Assembly (NCBI GenBank): GCA_942490825.1
Contig: CALNYG010000015.1
Coordinates: 24,073-88,072, forward strand
DNA: 64,000 bases
Direction of reading: 5' to 3'
DNA from: Candidatus Moraniibacteriota bacterium
Lineage (GTDB): Bacteria; Patescibacteriota; Minisyncoccia; Moranbacterales; GCA-2747515
This document shows positions 1 through 10,950 of the stretch, piece after piece. A program made the translations under genes and the position numbers. The notes beneath the pieces are model-generated. The model made no database searches and had not been told where the DNA came from. It saw only the letters and a program-made list of their open reading frames with translations. Within the stretch, counting starts at the first letter, position 1; the number at the start of each line of letters is the position of its first letter.

Positions 1-61
1 ATTGATAATTATGTGGGTATTTTGTAATAACCAGAATTTGACAAATTTGTCGAATTGGGGC

Positions 62-89
62 TTGACAGATTTTGTGGATGTGGTATATT
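62..89 (+). promoter_or_regulatory. sigma70-type promoter
   Basis: TTGACA (62-67), 16-nt spacer, TGg-TATATT extended -10 (81-89). It lies inside the tracked ORF 55..978, so the real start is downstream. Confidence 0.5.
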
Positions 90-135
90 GAGGCTTGCGT
101 ATGTAAATACGTTTTTAGTTTTAACACTAAATTAT

Positions 136-978
136 ATGATTATTAATGAAGAGCCGTCACCGGCCAAGCGTCTAATTGTAGAGGCGCGTAAGATGAGTCA
201 ATCATCACTACAAGAATTTTCAGATGGAAGTAAGAGGTTAGTAAGAAGAGGTAGTTGTTTAATATTATTAATGTTTATGTTTGTCAACTTCTTTTTGATG
301 AACAGTCCATTTTCAAAAGAGCAAATTGTTTTTGCGAATGAGACTGAAGAAAAAGAGGATGTTGAGAGTCAAGTTGATTTCAGCGAAATCATGGATAAGA
401 ATCCAGAAGAGATCATTCAGGATATTATCGATGAAGCTGAAGTAAAAGCTAAAGAGACAGAGGCGGAAGAGAAAAGAATTATTGAAGAGGAATTAGAAGA
501 GGAAAGGCAACGTGTGCTTGCAGAAAAATTAGCTGTTATGCTTGAGGGTCACCCGATGGCAGAAATGGCTGATGAAATTGCTAAGCAAGATCAAAAAGTT
601 GCTGCATTGATTGTGGGAATTGGTAAAAAGGAAAGTAATTGGGGTAAGCGTTCTCCGAGTAAAGATGGTCAAGATTGTTTCAATTATTGGGGGTATAAGA
701 CTTCTGGTAGTCGAGGACAAGCTTTAGGTCATGCATGTTTCGGTTCTCGTGAAGAGGCTGTAGCAACAATTGCGAAGAGAATTAGTTATTTCGTTCATGA
801 AGCTAAACGGGATACTCCAGCTAAGATAGTTGTTTGGAAATGTGGTTCAAGTTGTGCTGCTACAGGTGGTCAAGCTGCTGCCAACAAATGGATTAGCGAT
901 GTTCAAATTTATTACAATCAGGTTTTGGCTTTTGAAACAGTTGAAGAAGAGGCTGTGCAAATTGCTAAGGTTATATAG
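136..978 (+). CDS. membrane-anchored hypothetical protein; C-terminal domain possibly glucosaminidase/lysozyme-like
   Basis: First ATG after the predicted promoter. Hydrophobic segment LILLMFMFVNFFLM, Glu-rich linker, and a C-terminal 'GKKESNWGK...NYWGYK' weakly like the ESxWG glucosaminidase motif. Confidence 0.5.
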   Translation: MIINEEPSPAKRLIVEARKMSQSSLQEFSDGSKRLVRRGSCLILLMFMFVNFFLMNSPFSKEQIVFANETEEKEDVESQVDFSEIMDKNPEEIIQDIIDEAEVKAKETEAEEKRIIEEELEEERQRVLAEKLAVMLEGHPMAEMADEIAKQDQKVAALIVGIGKKESNWGKRSPSKDGQDCFNYWGYKTSGSRGQALGHACFGSREEAVATIAKRISYFVHEAKRDTPAKIVVWKCGSSCAATGGQAAANKWISDVQIYYNQVLAFETVEEEAVQIAKVI

Positions 979-985
979 AAATTTT

Positions 986-1015
986 AAAAAACTGTCCGTT
1001 TAGGGCAGTTTTTTA
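986..1015 (+). terminator. rho-independent terminator
   Basis: Hairpin ACTGTCC-gttta-GGGCAGT followed by a T run. Confidence 0.7.
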
Positions 1016-1043
1016 TTTTGTGATATAATTTATATGTAATTAG

Positions 1044-1085
1044 ATCAGAATCAATAAACCTCTCCACAATTCTGATTTCATTTTC
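1044..1085 (+). repeat. partial copy (3' end) of the two-copy structured element J
   Basis: 'atcagaatcaataaacctctccacaattctgatttcattttc' resembles the 3' end of element J at 1249-1292. Confidence 0.5.
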
Positions 1086-1124
1086 TTGTTTGAAATAAAA
1101 AACAAACAATACTTTATTTAAGGC

Positions 1125-1292
1125 GTGGAGCAGTTTATTAAAGATGGTATTGGAAGTATTAGAGGTGAATTGAAAAAATTAGCAGACAGGGCTTCGAACC
1201 CTGTTTTTACAGGGGTTGAATCCCTATCTGCGAAAAAATAATTAGTTATACCAAAACCAATAAACTCCTCCACAATCTTTATTTTATTTTTT
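1125..1292. repeat. structured element J, copy 1 (candidate sRNA; 50-nt tRNA-like minihelix core at 1182-1231)
   Basis: About 80-85% identical by eye to 56156-56322. Closing helix GTGGAGCAGTTTATT / AATAAACTCCTCCAC is followed by a T-rich tail. The core holds two 5-bp/7-nt-loop hairpins containing TTCGAA. Confidence 0.6.
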
Positions 1293-1335
1293 AAAAGAAG
1301 AGGGGTAGAAAATTAAATTAGGTGATGAAGGTCAG

Positions 1336-1509
1336 ATGGTAAAATTTTTCTCTTTTGATGAAATTAATGATTTGCAATTAACAAAAGGCATGAGATTTTA
1401 CTTTGATAATTTTTCAGAAGGAATTAAAAATTTAATTGAAGAAAATAAAATTGATAAAAAAGCTTTAGGTTTTGATAATAAAAAAGAATTGGTATTGAAA
1501 TATTTTTAA
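1336..1509 (+). CDS. small hypothetical protein (57 aa)
   Basis: ATG preceded by AGGTGA about 11 nt upstream. Translates MVKFFSFDEINDLQLTKGMRFYFDNFSEGIKNLIEENKIDKKALGFDNKKELVLKYF. Below the ORF-track size cutoff. Confidence 0.3.
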   Translation: MVKFFSFDEINDLQLTKGMRFYFDNFSEGIKNLIEENKIDKKALGFDNKKELVLKYF

Positions 1510-1537
1510 ATAAAAATAATAATTAAAAAATAAAACT

Positions 1538-2404
1538 ATGAAAACATTAAGAGAATGTGTGCAAGAGGCACGAGAAAAAAATATCGCAGTTGGACATTTT
1601 AACGTTTCCAATTTGGAAGCAGTTTGGGCGATTTTTCGTGCAGCTAAAGAATTAGATCAGCCAGTTATTATTGGGGTTTCTGAGGGAGAGCGAAAGTTTG
1701 TTGGTGCAAAACAAATTGCAGCTATTGTGAAAAGTATTCGTGAGGAATTTAATTATCCAATATTTTTAAATTCAGATCATACGCATTCTTTTGAGGGAAT
1801 AAAAGAGACAGTTGAGGCAGGTTTTGATAGTGTAATGATAGATGGTTCAAGCTTGTCTTTTGAGGAAAATGTGGAAATTACAAAAAAAACAGTTGACTTT
1901 GTTAGAGATTTTTCTGAAAAAAATAACAAAGATATTATTATTGAGGGAGAATTGGGATATATTGGATCGTCTTCGAAGATTTTAGATGAAATTCCTGAAG
2001 ATGTTGAGATGAAAACGACAAGTGTGGAAGATGCAAAAATTTTTGTAGAAAAAACGGGAATCGATGTTTTGGCGCCATCGATTGGAAATATTCATGGAAT
2101 GGTTAAATCTGGAAATCCGAGTATAAATGCAGATCTAGTAAAAGATATTGCAGGTGGAGCGGATGTTAATTTAGTTTTGCATGGCGGATCTGGAATTTCA
2201 GATGAAGAAGTGAGACAAGGAATTAAAAATGGTATTTCAATTGTTCATGTGAATACAGAAATTAGAATTGCTTTTCGAGAAGGATTGGTTGAGTCGCTAA
2301 AAGATAATGACTCCATTGCTCCATATAAGTATTTGCAACTACCTAAAGATAGAGTTTATGAAGTTGTTTTAAATAAAATAAAATTATTTGCTAATTTAGA
2401 TTAA
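1538..2404 (+). CDS. fba: class II fructose-bisphosphate aldolase
   Basis: 288 aa with 'VGHFNVSNLE', 'NSDHTHSF', 'GELGYIGSSS' and 'LHGGSG', typical of the class II FBA/tagatose-bisphosphate aldolase family. Confidence 0.9.
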   Translation: MKTLRECVQEAREKNIAVGHFNVSNLEAVWAIFRAAKELDQPVIIGVSEGERKFVGAKQIAAIVKSIREEFNYPIFLNSDHTHSFEGIKETVEAGFDSVMIDGSSLSFEENVEITKKTVDFVRDFSEKNNKDIIIEGELGYIGSSSKILDEIPEDVEMKTTSVEDAKIFVEKTGIDVLAPSIGNIHGMVKSGNPSINADLVKDIAGGADVNLVLHGGSGISDEEVRQGIKNGISIVHVNTEIRIAFREGLVESLKDNDSIAPYKYLQLPKDRVYEVVLNKIKLFANLD

Positions 2405-2446
2405 TTTATTTTTTGAAATAATTTATCTAAATTAATACAAATATTT

Positions 2447-2475
2447 AACCCGCTTGTTTGATGAACGAGCGGGTT
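2447..2475 (+). terminator. hairpin downstream of fba (weak terminator)
   Basis: AACCCGCT-N13-AGCGGGTT stem with no clear T run. Confidence 0.4.
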
Positions 2476-2527
2476 GTGTGTATAATTAAAACATTGTGAT
2501 ATTGATTTTATAAATAATTTTAAAATT

Positions 2528-3670
2528 ATGTATTTGAAAAAAATTATAGGAATATTTGTTTTGAGTTTATTGTGTTTTTCTTTTTCAACGAATAATGTCT
2601 CAGCCCAAGAATCTTCTTCTGAAGAAAAAATAGATATTTATTTATTTTATAGTGAAACTTGTCCTCACTGTAAAGATGAAGAAAAGTTTTTAAATAAATT
2701 AATTGAGGAGGATGAAAGAATTAATCTAAAACAATTTGAAGTTACAAAGAGTGATGAAAATTGGCAATTATTTAGGGAAACTTTAGATAAATTTAATGTA
2801 AAATCTAGTGAGGTTGGAGTTCCATTTACAATTATTAATGATCAATATTTTGTTGGTTGGCGTAATGAAGAAACAACAGGAAAAGATATTAAGGCGATCA
2901 TTGATAAGTCTTTTGATAAAAATATAATAAATTTACCACTTTTTGGCGAAATGGATGTGAGAAATATTTCTTTGCCATTTTTGACTTTTGCTATTGCACT
3001 TTTGGATGGCTTTAATCCTTGTGCAATGTGGACATTGATTTTCTTAATCACACTTCTTTTAGGAATGAAAGATAGACGGAAAATGTGGATTTTAGGTATG
3101 GCATTTATTGGTGTTTCAGCTTTTGTTTATTTCTTATTTTTAAGTGCTTGGTTACAATTATTTGTTTCGATAGGAGCTGTCTTTTGGATTAGGATCATAA
3201 TTGGAATAGTGGCGATCGGGGCAGGGGTTTATAGTTTAAAAAAATATTTTACTCAACCAGTAGGTGTTTGTAATGTTACTAGTGGACAGAAGACTCAGAA
3301 GGTTTTTGATAGGCTAAAGATTTTGATTCAAGAAAAGAGTTTTTTTATTGCTTTAGTTGGAATTTCTGCTTTGGCATTTGTAGTGAATTTAGTTGAGCTA
3401 GCATGTTCTGCGGGTTTTCCGGCAATTTATACTAAAGTTTTAGCTATGTCTGATTTGCCAACTTATCAATATTATTTATATTTGATTTTTTATGTTCTTA
3501 TTTTTATGTTAGATGACCTAATTGTCTTTTTTTTGGCAATGTCGACTTTGCGAGTTGCTAATGTTAACACAAAATATTCAAAGATTTCGGAATTAGTTGG
3601 AGGGATTATAATGTTAATCATTGGATTGCTATTGATTTTTAAGGCGGAGTGGTTAAGTTTTGGAATGTAA
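2528..3670 (+). CDS. membrane thiol-disulfide protein: thioredoxin-fold (CPHC) domain fused to a CcdA/DsbD-like polytopic domain
   Basis: Signal/anchor, 'YSETCPHCKDEE' redox motif, then several TM helices with 'LLDGFNPCAMW' and 'ELACSAGFP'. Confidence 0.65.
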   Translation: MYLKKIIGIFVLSLLCFSFSTNNVSAQESSSEEKIDIYLFYSETCPHCKDEEKFLNKLIEEDERINLKQFEVTKSDENWQLFRETLDKFNVKSSEVGVPFTIINDQYFVGWRNEETTGKDIKAIIDKSFDKNIINLPLFGEMDVRNISLPFLTFAIALLDGFNPCAMWTLIFLITLLLGMKDRRKMWILGMAFIGVSAFVYFLFLSAWLQLFVSIGAVFWIRIIIGIVAIGAGVYSLKKYFTQPVGVCNVTSGQKTQKVFDRLKILIQEKSFFIALVGISALAFVVNLVELACSAGFPAIYTKVLAMSDLPTYQYYLYLIFYVLIFMLDDLIVFFLAMSTLRVANVNTKYSKISELVGGIIMLIIGLLLIFKAEWLSFGM

Positions 3671-3787
3671 ATTTTTAAACGTTTGATTTTTTAATGATAA
3701 TTTTTATCAGAAAAATCAATCCTAAATCTTTGAGAATCTAATCTAATGTGTATGACTGGGGTATTTCAGTTTTTTATGGATAATTAG

Positions 3788-4101
3788 ATCTTTTATTTAG
3801 CACTGGTTAATTATTATCTTAGAATATTGATGGTAAGTTGTATATGCCAGTGATGTAGAAGGGTAAATTAGGTTATTTTTTATATAATTTTTAAAATTCT
3901 AAAAGAGACAAGTGTGCTTTTTAATGATGTTGCTAAATTGCAAATTTTTTTAAAGACATTGAAGATGCAAAAATACTTCCTTCTGTAAGAAAGGAAGTAT
4001 TTAAAGTTAGCAAATCAGTTAGTAAACTTATTGAAGTGTTAAATTTCGTAAAAGAATGTATTGTTGTTGGGGCTGATACTGTCGTATCAAAGAAGAAATA
4101 G
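3788..4101 (+). pseudogene. maf: decayed maf (septum-formation/nucleotide pyrophosphatase) remnant
   Basis: No intact ORF. Frame fragments read 'IFYLALVNYYLRIL', 'VVYASDVEG*' and '...KECIVVGADTVVSKKK*'. GADTVV is the Maf hallmark, and maf-radC is the Bacillus gene order. Confidence 0.4.
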
Positions 4102-4111
4102 AGGTGCATCT

Positions 4112-4140
4112 TTGACTTTTCACTTTAAAAATGCTATAAT
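4112..4140 (+). promoter_or_regulatory. sigma70-type promoter of radC
   Basis: TTGACT, 17-nt spacer, TATAAT. Confidence 0.65.
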
Positions 4141-4198
4141 GTTTTAATCGGGTGAAAAAAGAAAATTTAAAAAATACCATATCTTCTCGTAATCTTTT

Positions 4199-4924
4199 AT
4201 GAATTATACCTTAGCTGACAATGATCTAATCATTGATGATAACAATAGAAATTACATCATAAAAGTTAAAGATCTGCCTGACAAAGAAAAGCCTCGCGAA
4301 AAAATGTTAAGTGGCGGTCCAGATCGACTTTCAGTAGCAGAACTTTTGGCAGTTATCTTAAGCGTAGGGACGAGAAAAGAAGAGGTGATGACTATGTCAT
4401 CTCGTGTTTTAAAAGAATATGGAGAAAAAACAGTGGCGAATCAGACAAATCCTTATATTATTCAGAAAGATCTTGATATTCCTATAACTAAGGCTTGTCA
4501 GATTGTAGCTTGTTTTGAATTAGGAAGACGTTTCTTTCAGAAAAATGAGAATGGTTTAACAGCGATTCGCACTACTCAAGAAGCTTTTGAATATCTTCAA
4601 GAAATGGCGAAATTACCTAAAGAACATTTCAGGGGATTATATTTGAATAGTCATTTTAAAATTATTCATGATGAAATAATTTCAGTGGGAAGTCTTACTT
4701 CAAATATCGTTCATCCAAGAGAAGTTTTTAAACCAGCAATTGAATACTCAGCAGCAGCAATAATTGTAGCACATAATCATCCATCAGGAGATAAAACTCC
4801 CTCTGATTCAGATATTGTTACAACTAAGCAATTAGTTCAGGCAGGAAATATTTTAGGAATTGAATTATTAGATCATGTAATAATAACCAAAAATGGTTAT
4901 ACTAGGATTCCAAAAATAGGCTAA
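4199..4924 (+). CDS. radC: RadC-family JAB-domain protein
   Basis: 241 aa with 'ELLAVILSVGT' and the JAMM motif 'HNHPSGDKTPSDSD'. Confidence 0.85.
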   Translation: MNYTLADNDLIIDDNNRNYIIKVKDLPDKEKPREKMLSGGPDRLSVAELLAVILSVGTRKEEVMTMSSRVLKEYGEKTVANQTNPYIIQKDLDIPITKACQIVACFELGRRFFQKNENGLTAIRTTQEAFEYLQEMAKLPKEHFRGLYLNSHFKIIHDEIISVGSLTSNIVHPREVFKPAIEYSAAAIIVAHNHPSGDKTPSDSDIVTTKQLVQAGNILGIELLDHVIITKNGYTRIPKIG

Positions 4925-5023
4925 ATATAAATTAGTCAGTAATCTATAGGCACTAGCTTATTGTTGACTATTTTTTTATTTACTTAAAATTGATAATTAA
5001 TTAAATAAATAATAAAAATAAAA

Positions 5024-5401
5024 ATGAAAAATATGCAAATAAGCTCTCAAAGTAGCAATTATCAAATCAGTGAAAAACATATTATCAGCCAGGATGTTGG
5101 TGGTGATGATATCAATTGTTTAAATTTGTTTATTAATGATAAAGAAAGTCGAGTTTTTGACAAGAGATACTATAATAAAGAAAGAAGAATTAAAGATATA
5201 AAACTGTGTATAAATTTTGATAATTATTTTGCAAATTTAGCTTCCATTTTAAAATTTTCAGTAGAAGCAGAAAAAGCAGAGGATACAAATATGGGAATTA
5301 TTTTGAGCAAGATAGAAAAAGATTTAATTTATTTGCAGGAAAATTATACAGTTGTTGAACGAGAATATAAAGATAAATATACTTCAGTAAATATTTTTTA
5401 A
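5024..5401 (+). CDS. hypothetical protein (125 aa)
   Basis: ORF only, no recognised motif. It is not GroES-like. Confidence 0.4.
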   Translation: MKNMQISSQSSNYQISEKHIISQDVGGDDINCLNLFINDKESRVFDKRYYNKERRIKDIKLCINFDNYFANLASILKFSVEAEKAEDTNMGIILSKIEKDLIYLQENYTVVEREYKDKYTSVNIF

Positions 5402-5416
5402 ATATATTTGAGTGTG

Positions 5417-5444
5417 AAAGGCGGGGATTTGCTCCGTCTTTTTG
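5417..5444 (+). terminator. rho-independent terminator
   Basis: AAAGGCGG-N9-CCGTCTTT stem running into a T run. Confidence 0.6.
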
Positions 5445-5588
5445 ATTATCTCTTTTAAGTCTTTAAATATTGTTAAATTATATGTTTTTAGTTTGAAAAA
5501 ATATAGTTCTTGAGCTTGATAAAAAGTTTAAAAGGTTATGCGGTGAGTCAATTATTTTTTAGAAAGTCATAATTGTTTTTAAAATATC

Positions 5589-5616
5589 TTGACAACCTTT
5601 TTAAATTCTATAAAAT
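5589..5616 (+). promoter_or_regulatory. groEL promoter
   Basis: TTGACA, 16-nt spacer, TAAAAT. Confidence 0.65.
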
Positions 5617-5624
5617 ATAAGGTA

Positions 5625-5651
5625 TTGGCACTCTGCAAGTGAGATTGCTAA
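5625..5651. promoter_or_regulatory. CIRCE-like HrcA operator upstream of groEL
   Basis: TTGGCACTC-N9-GATTGCTAA against consensus TTAGCACTC-N9-GAGTGCTAA, one mismatch per arm. Lies between the -10 and the start codon. Confidence 0.7.
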
Positions 5652-5671
5652 TTTTATTAAGTAAATCTTAA

Positions 5672-7348
<1,677 letters not shown>

Positions 7349-7536
7349 TCGGATTTTTTGAAAATCTTGGAAATAAAAACACTGCCTTTTGCGAGGTGGT
7401 GTTTTTTTGTTTGTTTAAAAAAGGCTTGAAATAGGGATTTTTTGGGATTTGTACTTGACTTCTTCTTCTTTGATTACTCTAAATTCAGATTAGGCTTAAG
7501 TTATTTTTCAAACTTTTTAGAAGAAGGAGTGTTAAA

Positions 7537-7815
7537 ATGCCGAATATTGAAGCTTGGGGATTTGGAGATAATAGTGATAAAATAAGAACTAAAATTGCTA
7601 GAGTGATTCCAGTAGGTTTGAATGATGATGTGGTTATTACTGTAGTTAAGAGTTCAGTTATCGATATGTATGGAAGACAAAGTCCGTTTTTGCGAGTTTG
7701 GGACACAAAAGATACGGATAAAAATAAAAGATCTGAACTTATAGAAGGATTAAAGACATTGGGGTGGGACATCGAACTTGCACCATTTTTGATGGAATTT
7801 ATTCCAGCTGAGTAA
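7537..7815 (+). CDS. hypothetical protein (92 aa)
   Basis: ORF with SD-like AAGGAG about 9 nt upstream. Confidence 0.45.
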   Translation: MPNIEAWGFGDNSDKIRTKIARVIPVGLNDDVVITVVKSSVIDMYGRQSPFLRVWDTKDTDKNKRSELIEGLKTLGWDIELAPFLMEFIPAE

Positions 7816-7852
7816 AATACTTGGTATTAGTTCTTACTTGTGCGAATTTAAA

Positions 7853-7892
7853 GACCCGACTTTCTGAATGGAAAGTCGGGTTGAAGTTTTTT
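7853..7892. terminator. bidirectional terminator between convergent genes
   Basis: CCCGACTTT-N8-AAAGTCGGG hairpin flanked by A- and T-rich runs. Confidence 0.7.
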
Positions 7893-7912
7893 AAAAGAAG
7901 TTTTTTGATATT

Positions 7913-9268
7913 TTAGCTTTTGATAATCGCTAAAATCTCTTCTCTTTTTTCTATCATTAATTCTTCATTGTCAGCCTCAAGATTTAATCTCAAAACAGGT
8001 TCAGTATTTGATGCACGAACATTAAACCACCAACGAGAACCTTTTTCATTATTCCAAAAGCTAATTTTAATTCCGTCTAAATCATTGTATTCACCATCAG
8101 CATATTTTTCTTTCAAAGTTGCAATAATTTGATCTTTGTCAGAAACTTTATTATTAATTTCACCACTGTGGTAATATCGAATTGCGTCATCAGTGATTTC
8201 AGAAATAGTCTTTCCAGTTTCTGCCATTAAATTCATTAAATAAATTACAGGTAAAGTTCCAGCTTCAGCTAAAAAGTTTTCTTGGAAATAATAGTGACCA
8301 GAAAGTTCACCAGCGAAAATAGCATTTTCTTCTCGCATTTGTTTTTTAATTAAAGCATGACCAACTCGACATGGTTTTGGTACGCCGCCATTTTCTTCAA
8401 TAATTTCTTGAACTGACATAGAAGATCGCAAATCATAAAGAATAGTTGCTCCTGAATTTTTTTCTAAAATCATTTTAGAAATTAGGGCAGTGGTGATATC
8501 CATTGGAATAATTTCACCTTTTTCATTTACAAAACCAACTCGGTCAGCGTCGCCATCGTAAGCGATTCCTAAATCGGCATTTTCTTCAACTACCTTTTTT
8601 TGCAGAGCAGCTAAAGTTTCGGTTTTTAAGGGGTTTGCTTCATGATTCGGGAAAGAGCTATCAAAATCTTCGTACATTGTGACCAGCTCAATATTGTCAG
8701 AAAATCTTTTATACATTTCTAATTCCATGATTCCCATGGCATTTGCACAGTCAACGACAACTTTGAATTTTTTATCGCCTAACTTCATAAAACTTGCAAA
8801 GTGATCGAAATATTCTGGTTTAATATCTTTTGGAATTACCTCGCCTTTTTCTTCAGCTTCTTTAAAATCTCCTTTTAAAGCTATTTCTTTAACATCTAAC
8901 ATTCCGCTGTTTTCTCCGACTGGTACGGCATTTTTTCGGCAAAGTTTCATTCCGTTGTATTCTCCTGGATTGTGGGATGCGGTTAAAATTATTCCTCCGT
9001 CAACATCTAACTTTCCGCTGGCGTGATAAAGCATTGGTGTTGTTGCTAATCCCAGATCGTAAACGTTTGCGCCTGCGTCGGTGATTCCTTTTTTTAATTC
9101 TTCGAAAAGAGATGGGCTTGATTCACGAATATCGCAACCGATTACTATATTTTTTGCTCCTAAAAATTCTACATAAGCTCGTCCGATTTTGTAAACGGCT
9201 TCTTCGTTGATTTCTGTTGGGTAGATTCCTCGAATATCGTATGCTTTGAATATTTTGTCGTCTAACAT
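7913..9268 (-). CDS. phosphomannomutase/phosphoglucomutase (alpha-D-phosphohexomutase family)
   Basis: 451 aa with active-site loop 'TASHNPGEYNGMK' and Mg loop 'AYDGDADR'. Confidence 0.88.
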   Translation of the reverse strand: MLDDKIFKAYDIRGIYPTEINEEAVYKIGRAYVEFLGAKNIVIGCDIRESSPSLFEELKKGITDAGANVYDLGLATTPMLYHASGKLDVDGGIILTASHNPGEYNGMKLCRKNAVPVGENSGMLDVKEIALKGDFKEAEEKGEVIPKDIKPEYFDHFASFMKLGDKKFKVVVDCANAMGIMELEMYKRFSDNIELVTMYEDFDSSFPNHEANPLKTETLAALQKKVVEENADLGIAYDGDADRVGFVNEKGEIIPMDITTALISKMILEKNSGATILYDLRSSMSVQEIIEENGGVPKPCRVGHALIKKQMREENAIFAGELSGHYYFQENFLAEAGTLPVIYLMNLMAETGKTISEITDDAIRYYHSGEINNKVSDKDQIIATLKEKYADGEYNDLDGIKISFWNNEKGSRWWFNVRASNTEPVLRLNLEADNEELMIEKREEILAIIKS

Positions 9269-9398
9269 ATTTTTGTTGTTAATTTATTATTTTTCACGGG
9301 TTTATTATAGCATTTTTATTTGATTTTGTGGGAGATTTGCTTTGACAGGATGGTTTTGGCGTGTGATAATTTAAGAGTAAATTATTTAATGATTATTC

Positions 9399-9986
9399 AT
9401 GAATTTATTTTTTTTAAATAATAAAAAAGCATTAAAATGGATTATAAGTTTATCTTTTGTGATGTTTTTGTTTTCTAATTCGGTTGTGATTAAGAGGGGA
9501 ATGTGTTCTAGTTCTCCATGCTCAGATTTTAATAACTCTCATAGAGTGGCTCGACCAGGGTACGATGATACTTTTATGGAATCTTATTCTCTGCCTTTTC
9601 TTGCTCCAAGCTCTTTTCTTTTGACTAAGTTTTTGAATGAAGATGTTTATGAATTTTATAGTAATCCTATCAATTTAACACTTGATTATAAAGTTGATTC
9701 AGAAGGAGTTGCTTACGGCAGATATAAAACATTGAGAGATTCTAATGATTTTACGAGAACTTTTTTGTTTGTTAAGTTTATAATCTTCTTGAGTTTTCCT
9801 ATTTGGATTTGTATTTCTTTTTTATTATATAAAATTTATTCTCGCAATAGAAAGATAGGTATTACAATTATAGTAATTTTGTTTATGGTGTTTGGAATTA
9901 TGAAGTTATTCATATCATTTGATTTATTTAATTTTGATCATGATGGAGATAATGTTACATTTAGACACCTTTTTTTAAGAAAATAA
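9399..9986 (+). CDS. hypothetical membrane protein
   Basis: N-terminal and C-terminal hydrophobic helices, no recognised motif. Confidence 0.4.
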   Translation: MNLFFLNNKKALKWIISLSFVMFLFSNSVVIKRGMCSSSPCSDFNNSHRVARPGYDDTFMESYSLPFLAPSSFLLTKFLNEDVYEFYSNPINLTLDYKVDSEGVAYGRYKTLRDSNDFTRTFLFVKFIIFLSFPIWICISFLLYKIYSRNRKIGITIIVILFMVFGIMKLFISFDLFNFDHDGDNVTFRHLFLRK

Positions 9987-9990
9987 AGTT

Positions 9991-10881
9991 ATGCCAGAAT
10001 TACCTGAAGTACAAACAGTCGTTAGTGACTTAAATCAAAAAATTATCGGTTACACAATCGTTGATTTTTGGAGTGATTGGAAAAAAGCGATTAAAAGTTC
10101 GACTTATCAAACTTTTCGGAAAAATATTAAAGGTAAAAAGATTTTGAATGTTCGGCGGATTGGAAAAAATATTTTTGTTGATTTGAGTGAGGGTTGGACT
10201 TTGTATTTGCATTTGAAAATGACTGGGCATTTGCTGATTAAGGATAATAAGAAAATAAGCGAAAAAGAACAAGAAAATTTTGGTGAAAGGGTGAATCAAT
10301 ATGTTCATCACATTTGGTTTTTGGATAAGAATGATAAAAAAGATAGAAATAATTGTCAGTTAAATTTGGAGTTTTCTGATTTGCGGAAGTTTGCGAAGAT
10401 TGTTTTATTGAAGACTGATGAAGTTGAAAATTTGCCAGAGATTAAAGCTTTGGGAATTGACGCGATGGATGGGAAATTTAATTTTAAAATTTTTCAGGAA
10501 ATTTTAGAAAAACGTCCAAAAAGTGTAATTGGAATTATTTTGATGAATCAGAATTTGATTGCTGGAATTGGGAATATTTATCGGAGTGAGATTTTATTTG
10601 AGGCGAGGGTTCGTCCTGAGAGAAAGGTTGGTGATTTGAGTGTTGATGAAATGCGAAAGATTTTTGATCAGATTAAAAAAATTTTGAAAAAAGCGATTAA
10701 AATGCGGGGGACTTCGGATAGTGATTATCGGGATACGTCTGGGGGAGTTGGTAGGTTTCAAAATTTTTTGAAGGTTTATCGTTTGGATGGGGAGGTTTGT
10801 CAGAAGTGTGGGAAAAGTGAGATTGAGAGGATTAAGATGGCACAGAGGAGTGTTTTTTATTGCGAGGAGTGTCAGAAGTAG
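9991..10881 (+). CDS. mutM: formamidopyrimidine-DNA glycosylase
   Basis: Starts 'MPELPEV' (catalytic Pro2/Glu3), with H2TH region and a C-terminal zinc finger 'CQKCG...CEECQ'. Confidence 0.9.
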   Translation: MPELPEVQTVVSDLNQKIIGYTIVDFWSDWKKAIKSSTYQTFRKNIKGKKILNVRRIGKNIFVDLSEGWTLYLHLKMTGHLLIKDNKKISEKEQENFGERVNQYVHHIWFLDKNDKKDRNNCQLNLEFSDLRKFAKIVLLKTDEVENLPEIKALGIDAMDGKFNFKIFQEILEKRPKSVIGIILMNQNLIAGIGNIYRSEILFEARVRPERKVGDLSVDEMRKIFDQIKKILKKAIKMRGTSDSDYRDTSGGVGRFQNFLKVYRLDGEVCQKCGKSEIERIKMAQRSVFYCEECQK

Positions 10882-10892
10882 ATTATTGTATT

Positions 10893-10919
10893 TGTAGAGA
10901 CATTGCACTGCAATGTCTT
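10893..10919. repeat. palindromic repeat family G, copy 1
   Basis: tGTAGAGACATTGCAcTGCAATGTCTt, also at 30623 and 53514. Sits just after the mutM stop. Confidence 0.75.
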
Positions 10920-10950
10920 GATCGTGATAATTTTTTTAAGATTATAAAAT

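Noticed and set aside
1182-1231. The element J core as a genuine tRNA (anticodon-like loop UCA in copy 1 and UCG in copy 2)
   Set aside because: It is only 50 nt with no D arm or variable region and a 5-bp acceptor-like stem. The sequence is quasi-palindromic, so both strands fold similarly.
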